DNA of 32,000 bases from Mycobacterium leprae TN (GTDB lineage: Bacteria > Actinomycetota > Actinomycetes > Mycobacteriales > Mycobacteriaceae), in assembly GCF_000195855.1 (NCBI RefSeq), contig NC_002677.1, positions 240,001-272,000 of the forward strand, in the 5' to 3' direction. The notes beneath the pieces are model-generated. The model saw nothing but the letters and a program-made list of their open reading frames with translations, was not told where the DNA came from and ran no database searches. A program made the position numbers and the translations under genes. Positions 9,395 through 19,494 of this stretch are shown here, in pieces (the first letter of the stretch is position 1; each line of letters begins with the position of its first letter).

Positions 9395-10051
9395 TTGGTG
9401 ACCCTGTTGCGCTTCAACGCCCGGCATCCGGGTTGGCCGTCGAACGTTGGACCGCTGCGGGTTCCGGCTGGTGTGATCCGGTTGCGGGCGGTGCGGTTGC
9501 GGGATGGCGTGCAGTGGAGCCGCATCCGGTTAGCTGACCGCGCGTACCTCGAGCCATGGGAACCTAGTACGGAAGGTGATTGGGTGGTGCGGCACTCGGT
9601 TATCGCGTGGCAGGTGCTGTGCTCGAGTCTGCGGTCGGAGGCCCGCAAAGGTCGCATGCTACCTTATGCGATCGAGCTCGATGGAAACTTCTGCGGTCAG
9701 TTGACCATAGGCAACGTTACCCACGGGGCGTTGCGGTCGGCATGGATAGGTTATTGGGTATCCAGCTCGGCGACCGGCGGCGGGGTGGCAACCGGAGCGT
9801 TGGCCTTGGGCCTTGACCACTGCTTCGGCCCGGTAATGTTGCATCGCGTGGAGGCTACTGTGCGCCCCGCGAATGTAGCGAGCCGGGCCGTGCTGGCAAA
9901 GGTTGGATTCCGTGAAGAGGGCTTGCTGCGCCGCTACCTCGAGGTTGATCGAGCGTGGCGTGACCACCTGCTGATGGCCCTCACGATCGAAGAGGTATCC
10001 GGGTCGGTTACGTCGAACCTGGTACGGGCCGGTCGTGCCAGCTGGCTCTAA
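9395..10051 (+). CDS. rimJ: GNAT-family N-acetyltransferase (RimJ-like)
   Basis: 218 aa as given in the ORF track. Has a GNAT core (WIGYWVSSSATGGGVATGALALGLDHCF...HRVEATVRPANVASRAVLAKVGFREEG). The true start may lie downstream. Confidence 0.8.
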   Translation: MVTLLRFNARHPGWPSNVGPLRVPAGVIRLRAVRLRDGVQWSRIRLADRAYLEPWEPSTEGDWVVRHSVIAWQVLCSSLRSEARKGRMLPYAIELDGNFCGQLTIGNVTHGALRSAWIGYWVSSSATGGGVATGALALGLDHCFGPVMLHRVEATVRPANVASRAVLAKVGFREEGLLRRYLEVDRAWRDHLLMALTIEEVSGSVTSNLVRAGRASWL

Positions 10052-10220
10052 ATCGTACGTATGGTGAAACACTGCCTACCGCCGTGTGACTGATGTGACA
10101 CGAGTAAATAATTTTTGATGCTTGTCAGCTGTAAATTACAGGTGTGTAATTGTTGTTGGTACCATTGATCCTGCCGGGTTGGTCACCTATTGGCCTTGCC
10201 GGGGAAAGGAACAGGTCATT

Positions 10221-11249
10221 ATGCCGAGCATCCCCCAATCGCTGCTGTGGATTTCGTTGGTGGTGCTGTGGCTTTTCGTGCTGGTGCCGATGTTGATCAG
10301 CAAACGTGACGTTGTTCGCCGCATCAGTGATGTGGCATTGGCGACTCGGGTGCTAAACGGTGTTGCCGGTGCCCGACTACTCAAGCGAGGTGGTCCCGCC
10401 ACGGGGCATCGCAGCGACCACAATTGGGAGCTGGACGAGGACTGGCGGCAAAACCCGGTCGATGGTGAATTCGCTGACGCTGACCAGGACATAGGTGAAG
10501 AACAGGACCAAAACGTCGATGATACGCAGCGTACACGTCCGGTGGTCATGGAGGTTGCGGTGGCTGAGCTCACCGGCACCGACTACCTGGATGTCGATGT
10601 TGTCGAAGATTCGGTGGCCCTGCCGATTGAGGACAGTGCTGACGTAACTGAGTCCGTCCTGCTAGCGGTCGGTGAAGGCGGATCGCCGGGTGAAGAAGCT
10701 GAGGCTGAGCAACGGCAAAGTGACCGGTACGGATACGTCGACGCATCGTCGGGTCTGGGACTCGAGCAGAAGGACGACAAGTCGCCGGTGCCAGTAGCGC
10801 CGACTGTCTCGCGGCAGCGTCGGTACGACACCAAGACCGCCACCGCGGTCAGTGCACGCAAGTACGCGTTTCGTAAAAGGGTGCTGATGGTTATGGCGAT
10901 CATCTTGGTTGGCTCTGCCGCAGCGGCGTTCGAAGTGGATTCGAATGCCTGGTGGATTTGCGGTAGCTCCACCACTGTCACAGTGCTTTATCTGGCCTAT
11001 TTGCGCCGGCAAACTCGGATTGAAGAGAAAGTGCGTAGCCGTCGGATGCATCGGATAGCACGTGCCCGGGTCGACGTGGAAAACGCGCATGACCGCGAAT
11101 TTGACGTGGTTCCATCGCGGCTGCGGCGTCCAGGCGCAGTGGTCTTGGAAATCGATGACGAGGACCCTATCTTCGAACACCTGGACTACGAGATGCCGAT
11201 TCGTACGTTTGGCTGGCCCAGGGACCTACCAAGAGCCGTGGGCCAGTAA
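10221..11249 (+). CDS. Conserved membrane protein, Rv0996-like (SepX/GlpR-type divisome protein position)
   Basis: Lies in ORF-track frame 10122..11249. I placed the start at ATG10221, preceded by GAAAGGA, giving 342 aa. Has an N-terminal TM (MPSIPQSLLWISLVVLWLFVLVPMLISKRD), an acidic disordered middle and a second TM pair near residues 240-290. Confidence 0.75.
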   Translation: MPSIPQSLLWISLVVLWLFVLVPMLISKRDVVRRISDVALATRVLNGVAGARLLKRGGPATGHRSDHNWELDEDWRQNPVDGEFADADQDIGEEQDQNVDDTQRTRPVVMEVAVAELTGTDYLDVDVVEDSVALPIEDSADVTESVLLAVGEGGSPGEEAEAEQRQSDRYGYVDASSGLGLEQKDDKSPVPVAPTVSRQRRYDTKTATAVSARKYAFRKRVLMVMAIILVGSAAAAFEVDSNAWWICGSSTTVTVLYLAYLRRQTRIEEKVRSRRMHRIARARVDVENAHDREFDVVPSRLRRPGAVVLEIDDEDPIFEHLDYEMPIRTFGWPRDLPRAVGQ

Positions 11250-11304
11250 CGCCCCGCCGAACCCGGCTTGGGCTGTCCTGTAACTGGTAGCCTGCTAACA
11301 ATCA

Positions 11305-11377
11305 GGGGCTATGGCGCAGTTGGTAGCGCGACTCGTTCGCATCGAGTAGGTCAGGGGTTCGATTCCCCTTAGCTCCA
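11305..11377 (+). tRNA. tRNA-Ala (anticodon CGC)
   Basis: I folded the 73-nt cloverleaf by hand. Acceptor stem is GGGGCTA/TAGCTCC with the G3:U70 alanine identity pair. Anticodon loop is TTCGCAT and T-loop is GGTTCGATTCC. No CCA is encoded. Confidence 0.95.
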
Positions 11378-11922
11378 CGTGCGCGACATTTATCTGGGGA
11401 TATGTGTCTATGTGTATTGGGATCGTTCACGGTTTGGTTGTGGTTGGTAGTTTTTCGTTGGGGCGGTTTTGCTTTAGAGTTCTTGTAGTAGGCGGTTGTC
11501 GGTAGTTTCATAACCCGGACTGTTTGGCACGGCCTTTGCATGTGTCTCAGACTAGGCCAGCATTCGTGTGACACCAGTCACTTAGTGTGCATTCTGTTAC
11601 GATGCTAAAAATCAGTTCAGCATTTGCCAAGACGAGCGCGTTGCACCCGTTCTCGGCCACCGGCTCGTCCTACTGGGGAAGTATGGGCACCAGTACTAAC
11701 TGAAAATAACTGCAAAAAGTACCCGTCGAATCTCTTGATAAGGGTTTCTTGCCGGCCATTCGCCACGACGGTGATTACTGTTTATTTTATTCCAGGTCCA
11801 ATGCATCCACATATCTCAGACGTGTTTACCAATGGTAGACGAAACTACAACACGCGTTGTGCTTGATGCCCACCAGCCTGGTCGACCAACGTCTGTCGGT
11901 CGAACACCGTGATCCCTATAGA

Positions 11923-11967
11923 AAAGGTCGCTACGGGTCCGGTACGCCCGGACCCGTAGCGACCTTT
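11923..11967. terminator. Perfect 20-bp-stem hairpin, terminator-like on the minus strand
   Basis: aaaggtcgctacgggtccgg-tacgc-ccggacccgtagcgaccttt. On the minus strand it is followed by TTTTCTAT. It lies just downstream of the decayed minus-strand ORF fragments at 11982-12650. Confidence 0.5.
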
Positions 11968-11981
11968 CTCGGCATAGCTTC

Positions 11982-13719
<1,738 letters not shown>

Positions 13720-14432
13720 GCTGCGCTTAGCGGGGCCTCCGGTGATGTGAACAAGCGTTCAGATGTTAGCTATTGGAGCGGTGTTGACGTTTGTTGCCGC
13801 CAGATGTGCGCGGCCAACCACGCCGAAGCGGTTCAGCTCTAGCCGTCTGCCCCTAGTGCATCAGGTGTCAACTCAGGCCAACATCTGCGAGATAGGCCGC
13901 GATCTGCAGCCTGGCTTTGAGGTGATCCACGGTATCCCTAGCGCGTCTTCACCGAGGTTGATTTAGGGACTAGCAGCGGATGCGGCAACGAAGTCGTCGC
14001 AGTGCATGACACTAGCCGATCCTGGCCATGGATCCGATCAATTCGCCCAGAGCGTGTCCAGTGTCAGATGCGGGTGGCATCGTTGATGCGGTAGCGGTGC
14101 CGGTGGTTGTCGGCCGCTACCTCTTCGCGGCGTGTGAGCAGTTGACCATGATGGTTAGGCGCACTATCGCCAGCGTCCACCTCATCGAGGCGACGTGCAT
14201 TGACTGCGTCGATACCCTCGGGATGGCGGTCGATGTGTGGATATCCGTCGAGGCCGGCGCCGAAATTGATTTGCGGACATATATTGCGTGACAAGACAAC
14301 TGTATGCTCCTACGTATTTGCCACATTGACCACCGATCTTGGCTCAGTGTTCCTGGCGGCTGCACCGTAATTCGCCGATAACTTGCTGGTTAAAATCTGC
14401 ACAGTTGAACGTCTACTTTGGGTAGATTGGCC

Positions 14433-14801
14433 ATGATGTTGAAGATGGCATTTTCGGTCGCATCAGCGTCCTTGCTCTTCGGCTGCTTATCGGGCCCGGT
14501 TACCTTTTTTACGAAGGTCAACATCGCCAAGGTCACCGGAATTAAGTCGAGCGTTGGGTCTGATTTCAATGTCACCGACCTTGGTAGAAGGGCGATCGAT
14601 CCCAAGCTTCTGTTGTCGCGGAAGCCGCCCGACGGACTGACCTTCGAACTGGCTAATTGCGCGAAACTGGCGGTTGGGCCGTCGACGCCGCTCGATGTGC
14701 AGGGCAGTATGGCGGCAGTCTCTGCTGAGGGGAATGGCAACCGGTTCATCATAATCGCGGTGGAGACTTCCAAGCCGTTTCCGCTTAACGATCCTGGGTA
14801 G
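14433..14801 (+). CDS. Hypothetical small secreted protein or lipoprotein candidate
   Basis: Lies in ORF-track frame 14418..14801. From ATG14433 it reads MMLKMAFSVASASLLFGC|LSGP, a signal-peptide-like sequence with an imperfect lipobox (LFGC). Third codon positions are G/C-rich, but the mirror ORF on the opposite strand shares those positions. No family recognised and the RBS is weak. Confidence 0.38.
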   Translation: MMLKMAFSVASASLLFGCLSGPVTFFTKVNIAKVTGIKSSVGSDFNVTDLGRRAIDPKLLLSRKPPDGLTFELANCAKLAVGPSTPLDVQGSMAAVSAEGNGNRFIIIAVETSKPFPLNDPG

Positions 14802-15124
14802 GGTTACACGAAGGTGTCATTCTGCGGGGCCTAGGTTGCTGGGTGGGATCGAGGTAATCCGATGCGCCTCACTTTGAGGAGGTGCGCACGTTGTCCGTGC
14901 ACCGTATCTTGCAAGACGTGATGGTAGCCGGGACACTCCGCACCGGCCAGCTTTACGATTACACCGCTGCGTTCGAATGACTATCAGGTGATAGTTATCG
15001 TCAATCCGTTGGTAGTCCCAGGATAGCCGGTGGTGTCGGTGGACACGCAGCGTGCCCGCGACTTGCTCGTCAAGATAGTGAGCACGATCCGGAGTTGACC
15101 CGGCTGCTAGTCCGATAGGAATAC

Positions 15125-15742
15125 CTAGTGCACGTTGCGTGGTCGGAACTGAATGCTGACCCGCGGTCCTGTTGACGCGGACGTTTTGGGAACGGAGTGC
15201 TCCCAAGTGCGTTGGCATGAGCCGCCCATCACCAGCAGATCGCCATGTGTCAGTGGCAGGCGCAAAGACGGGCCGCCGCCACGTTTACGTAACGCGAATA
15301 CTCGTGTGGCGCCGAGGCTGATGATCGCCACCATGGTGTCCTCTGAGCTGTTACGGCCGATGGTGTCGCCATGCCAGGCGATGCTGTCGGAACCGTCGCG
15401 ATAGCAGCACAATCCGACGCTGGTGAAAGGTTCACCCAGTTCGCCGGCGTAGATGTCGTTAAGTCGACGGCGCAGCCGCGTCAGCAGTGGATGCGGAGGA
15501 TCATCGGTTGTCAGGTCGTGAAAACTAACCAGACGGGGAACGTTGACCACCTTGTCGTACATCCGCCGTCGTTCAATACGCCACGGCACCTCAGACAACA
15601 ACGTGTCCAGCAGCTCCACTCCGTCTGTAAGCCAGCCGGAACGCAGCTCGATAAAGGCGCCGTCACCCAGTTGTCTTCGTTCGTGATACTCGAACAACGA
15701 GCCCTGAAACGCAATCCCCACATCAACCAGCATATCGCACAT
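15125..15742 (-). CDS. AlkB-family Fe(II)/2-oxoglutarate dioxygenase (Rv1000c-like)
   Basis: 205 aa. Has the HxD...H iron triad context (IAWHGD ... WEHSVP) and the 2OG-binding RVSIQFR. Confidence 0.85.
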   Translation of the reverse strand: MCDMLVDVGIAFQGSLFEYHERRQLGDGAFIELRSGWLTDGVELLDTLLSEVPWRIERRRMYDKVVNVPRLVSFHDLTTDDPPHPLLTRLRRRLNDIYAGELGEPFTSVGLCCYRDGSDSIAWHGDTIGRNSSEDTMVAIISLGATRVFALRKRGGGPSLRLPLTHGDLLVMGGSCQRTWEHSVPKTSASTGPRVSIQFRPRNVH

Positions 15743-15757
15743 CAGTTCGATGAACTA

Positions 15758-15815
15758 CGATATATTAGCTTACTATACGATATGAACGATATATTAGCTT
15801 ACTATACGATATGAA
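15758..15815. repeat. Perfect tandem duplication, 2 x 29 bp, AT-rich
   Basis: CGATATATTAGCTTACTATACGATATGAA occurs at 15758-15786 and again at 15787-15815. It starts 16 bp upstream of the AlkB-like start codon. A partial related copy (tcgatgaa) precedes it. The unit is about 28% GC. Confidence 0.95.
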
Positions 15816-15850
15816 TCGGTGCCGTGGAGTCAGCGAGCTTGTTTCTTACT

Positions 15851-16960
15851 GTGATTGTTGCCGGGCTAGGCGTGTATTCTGAAGTGGTTAGCGTGCTGCG
15901 TTCAGGAGGGGCACGACCAATTTGCCGAATTGCTGGGCTCCTGCGGCGTGGAAGTGTTGCTGCTGATCAAAGCTTTGACGAGTAGGGCCGCCACCCGGAT
16001 GTGTGGGGTCGGCACGGTGTCTCGGTGTGGCGTTGGCACAAAAACTTTCGGTATATCTGCGTAGTCTCGACCCCGTCATGCTGCCCCATGTGTTGACAGC
16101 TGGGTTGACGTTCAACCCGCTTTCACCGGAGAACCCGGACTGACGTGTCGTTGGTGCTTGATATTCATCATGAGGTCATAAGGCGGATTTCATCATCGAG
16201 TCGTTGCCGAACTTGCTGTTTACCAGGGACTGGTGGATCTAGGTCGGGCCGCTTGTGGTGACCCCCACCCTGGTACTACATGCCTTCATCTCCTGGCTAA
16301 CTGGACTGGATCTATGCTTATCCTACATTCTTGACTACATGCTTGACCGGCGTGCGGGAGTCTTACGAATCAAGGCCCGCTCCTGTCGAAATTTGGTGAC
16401 GTGCTCCCTTTCGTTCCGGGCGTGATCGCGGTGGTGGTAGGTGAGCGGACCACTTAGGTCGAAGTGGAAATTTTGGTGCGCTGCCTTTTTGACGATTATC
16501 TTGCGCACACGATACTAGCTGTACCGATCGTGTAAAGAAGTGCGCAGATGTACCTAGACTCCGTGTGCGTGATGGTCGACACGGACACGGTGGTGATGTA
16601 TGCAAACGTCGTCGGTATGTCCACGGCATTCGCGATCCAGCGTGCGCTATGTTGTGACCATTAGCGATTCTGCTTTATTTCTCGAGTCCACCGCAAAGGC
16701 GATAAGCATTGATAAGTTGTGGGTCATTGACACCGAACTAGATGCCGTTGTACCCGAACGTGAACAGTGAGACGACAGCAACAACACGTTGGCATTGGAG
16801 GCCTGTGTTGTTGTAGCCTATGGGTGTATCGTATCGCCTAACGTCCCGCCTGTAGGTATGCGGGAATCGAAGTGCTGACCGTCGCGGGTTCTGATTGGGC
16901 ACCGGTAGCTGCGTGTTTTGCTGTATGTTCTGCCGTATTGCCACTATCCGCGGTAGCTTC
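15851..16960 (+). pseudogene. arcA: Arginine deiminase pseudogene
   Basis: ArcA-like segments are scattered across all three plus-strand frames with stops between them. They include [67 protein letters not shown] and [19 protein letters not shown]. Further segments are [31 protein letters not shown] and AGIEVLTVAGS. Confidence 0.8.
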
Positions 16961-17034
16961 TCGGTGCCAAGATTGCTGCAACGGTTACGGTTAGCGCCCC
17001 AATCACAGCTTTCACTGCAGTCTTGGTGTAGCAT

Positions 17035-18621
17035 CTAGCGCCAACTGGGAAGCCAGATCTCCATGTTCCAGGTCTGGTGTGAGATTGGCAGGCCGGTGAG
17101 CACCGGATAAAGCCAGACGAAGTTCGTTATCACTAAAGCCACGTAGCAAGAGACGGCGATTAGCCTGAGTGTGCGTCGTTCGGTGCTATGGGTACTAGGG
17201 CTTCTGGGACTCGAGTCGTGCCATGGGGGGTAGAGGATGTCGCCGAGAATCAGCGCGATACCCATCACTAGGAACGGCGCCATCGTTGCCGCATAGAATA
17301 AATACATCTGCCGGTCAATGTCGGCGAACCAGGGCAGCCACCCCGCGCAATACCCAACCAAAACAGCCGCGTAGCGCCAGTCTCGCTGAATGACCGTTCG
17401 CCAAGTTGCATAGACCAGGACAGGCACTGCCAGCCACCACATCGCGGGCGTGCCGACTAGCATCTCCGCCTTGACGCATGACTGTGCTCCGCAACCGGGC
17501 ACGTCCTGCTGATCGATCGCGTACAGCACCGGCCGCAACGACATTGGCCAGCTCCACGGTTTGGATTCCCACGGGTGGTAGTTGCCCGCAGAATTCGTCA
17601 AGCCGGCGTGGAATTGCAGTGTCTTGGCGTGGTAATACCATAGCGACCGAACGGCGTCGGGCAGTGGGATCATCCCGTGACGCCCAATAGTTTGTCCGAC
17701 CTGGTGCCGGTCGATCGCGGTCTCGGACGCGAACCATGGTGCATAGCTGGTTATGTACACCAGAAAAGAGATGAGCCCTAGTGCATATACGGTGGGGATA
17801 ACGTCACGTCGTAGGACTCCCCGCCATGGGTTAAGCACCTGGTATTGGCGCCGGGACGATACATCGAACGCCAACGACATAACACCAAAGAACAGCACGA
17901 AGTACAGGCCGGACCACTTTGTCGCGCAAGCCAATCCGAGGAGTATCCCGCCCAGGAAGCGCCACCAGCGCACACCGAGCCGCGGACCCCAAACCGTTTC
18001 GGTGGATCGCCCCTCCGTGATCGCTGTGTGCATTCGTTGGCGGACCTGATCGCGGTCGACGATGAGTGCGCCGAACGTCGCGACCACGAAGAAAGTGAGG
18101 AAGCCGTCGAGTAGCGCTGTGCGCGCAGTGACAAAGCTGACGCCGTCGCAGATAACCAACAGCCCCGCAATGGTGCCGATTAGTGTCGATCGGGTGATCC
18201 TCCGAACGATCCGCATCACCAATGCCACCATGATCACACCGAGTAGTGCACCGGTGAATCGCCAGCCCACGCCGTTGTAGCCGAAGATGGCCTCCCCGAT
18301 GGCAATCAGTTGCTTGCCGATCGGGGGATGAACTACCAGGCCGAAGCCAGGGTTGTCTTCCACCCCATGGTTGTGCAACAACTGCCACGCTTGCGGCGCG
18401 TAGTGCTTCTCGTCGAAGATGGGTGTGCCGGCATCGGTCGGCGAGCTCAGATTGATGAACCGTGTCCCCGTTGCCAGTACGGTGATTACGCCGGTCGCGA
18501 TCCAACCGCGCACGTCATCGGTTGGCCCGAAATCTTCCACAGGCACCAGTGGCCCCGGGCTTATCACGGGTACTATGCGCTCCTCCACGGCGGCGAGGGT
18601 TTTGTGGAGCGGAGCGTTCAT
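17035..18621 (-). CDS. pmt: Protein O-mannosyltransferase (PMT family, Rv1002c-like)
   Basis: 528 aa and polytopic. Loop 1 has the DE motif (TPIFDEKHYAPQA) and the C-terminal half is conserved (AGNYHPWESKPWSWP). Confidence 0.92.
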   Translation of the reverse strand: MNAPLHKTLAAVEERIVPVISPGPLVPVEDFGPTDDVRGWIATGVITVLATGTRFINLSSPTDAGTPIFDEKHYAPQAWQLLHNHGVEDNPGFGLVVHPPIGKQLIAIGEAIFGYNGVGWRFTGALLGVIMVALVMRIVRRITRSTLIGTIAGLLVICDGVSFVTARTALLDGFLTFFVVATFGALIVDRDQVRQRMHTAITEGRSTETVWGPRLGVRWWRFLGGILLGLACATKWSGLYFVLFFGVMSLAFDVSSRRQYQVLNPWRGVLRRDVIPTVYALGLISFLVYITSYAPWFASETAIDRHQVGQTIGRHGMIPLPDAVRSLWYYHAKTLQFHAGLTNSAGNYHPWESKPWSWPMSLRPVLYAIDQQDVPGCGAQSCVKAEMLVGTPAMWWLAVPVLVYATWRTVIQRDWRYAAVLVGYCAGWLPWFADIDRQMYLFYAATMAPFLVMGIALILGDILYPPWHDSSPRSPSTHSTERRTLRLIAVSCYVALVITNFVWLYPVLTGLPISHQTWNMEIWLPSWR

Positions 18622-18645
18622 TACGTCGATCGTAGGCTGTCATTC

Positions 18646-19491
18646 ATGACCTATGGTCGCCTGTTGCTGGGTGCCACCCCGTTGGGTCAACCCTTAGATG
18701 CGTCGAGAAGGTTGACCGACGCACTGTGCTGTGCCGATGTCGTGGCGGCTGAAGACACCCGGCGGGCGAGAACTCTGGCGAAAACCCTTGGCGTGGTCAT
18801 CACTGGTCGGGTGATAAGCTTGTTTGACCAGATTGAGGCCGTGCGGGTGTCTGCCCTAGTAGCGGAGATTGAAGCTGGTGCAACGGTGCTGGTGATTAGC
18901 GATGCCGGAATGTCGGTGATCAGCGACCCCGGTTACCGGCTGGTCGCGGCGTGCATCGCTGCTGGCCTGCCGGTGCGGTGTCTACCTGGGCCGTCCGCGG
19001 TTATGACGGCACTGGCCGTGTCCGGGCTTTCGTCGGAGAAGTTCTGTTTCGAGGGTTTCGCACCACGCAAAAGCTCGGCGCGCAGAACCTGGTTGGCTTC
19101 GTTGGCCGACGAACGGCGTACCTGTGTGTTCTTCGAATCGCCGCGCCGGTTGGCCGCATGCTTGCGTGATGCCGTCGACCAGCTCGGCAGTGCCCGTCCG
19201 GTGGTGGTCTGCCGGGAGCTGACCAAGGTGCACGAGGAGGTGGTGCGTGGATCGCTTGACGAGTTAGCAACCTGGGCAGCCAACGGTGTGCTCGGCGAGA
19301 TTACCGTTGTGCTGGCCGGTGCGACTCCGCGTGCCGACCTGTTCTTGCTAGTTCCTGAGGTGGAGAACCTCGTAGCAGGGGGTGCCCGCGTCAAGGACGC
19401 GTGTGGCCAGGTGGCCGCTGTGCATTCGTCGGTGCGTTCGCGCCAGCTTTACGATGCGGTCTTGAGGGCACGCCAGGTGTCGTCGCGCTAG
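18646..19491 (+). CDS. rsmI: 16S rRNA (cytidine1402-2'-O)-methyltransferase
   Basis: Lies in ORF-track frame 18310..19491. I placed the start at ATG18646 (MTYGRLLLGATPLGQP), giving 281 aa. Has the tetrapyrrole-methylase-fold motifs AAEDTRR and SDAGMSVISDPG. Confidence 0.88.
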   Translation: MTYGRLLLGATPLGQPLDASRRLTDALCCADVVAAEDTRRARTLAKTLGVVITGRVISLFDQIEAVRVSALVAEIEAGATVLVISDAGMSVISDPGYRLVAACIAAGLPVRCLPGPSAVMTALAVSGLSSEKFCFEGFAPRKSSARRTWLASLADERRTCVFFESPRRLAACLRDAVDQLGSARPVVVCRELTKVHEEVVRGSLDELATWAANGVLGEITVVLAGATPRADLFLLVPEVENLVAGGARVKDACGQVAAVHSSVRSRQLYDAVLRARQVSSR

Positions 19492-19494
19492 CTA

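Noticed and set aside
14390-14773. 127-aa minus-strand ORF mirroring the lipoprotein candidate.
   Set aside because: It shares third codon positions with the plus-strand ORF, so codon bias is uninformative. Its product is Ser/Pro-rich with no signal or domain features, so I consider it less plausible than the plus-strand reading. Neither is proven.
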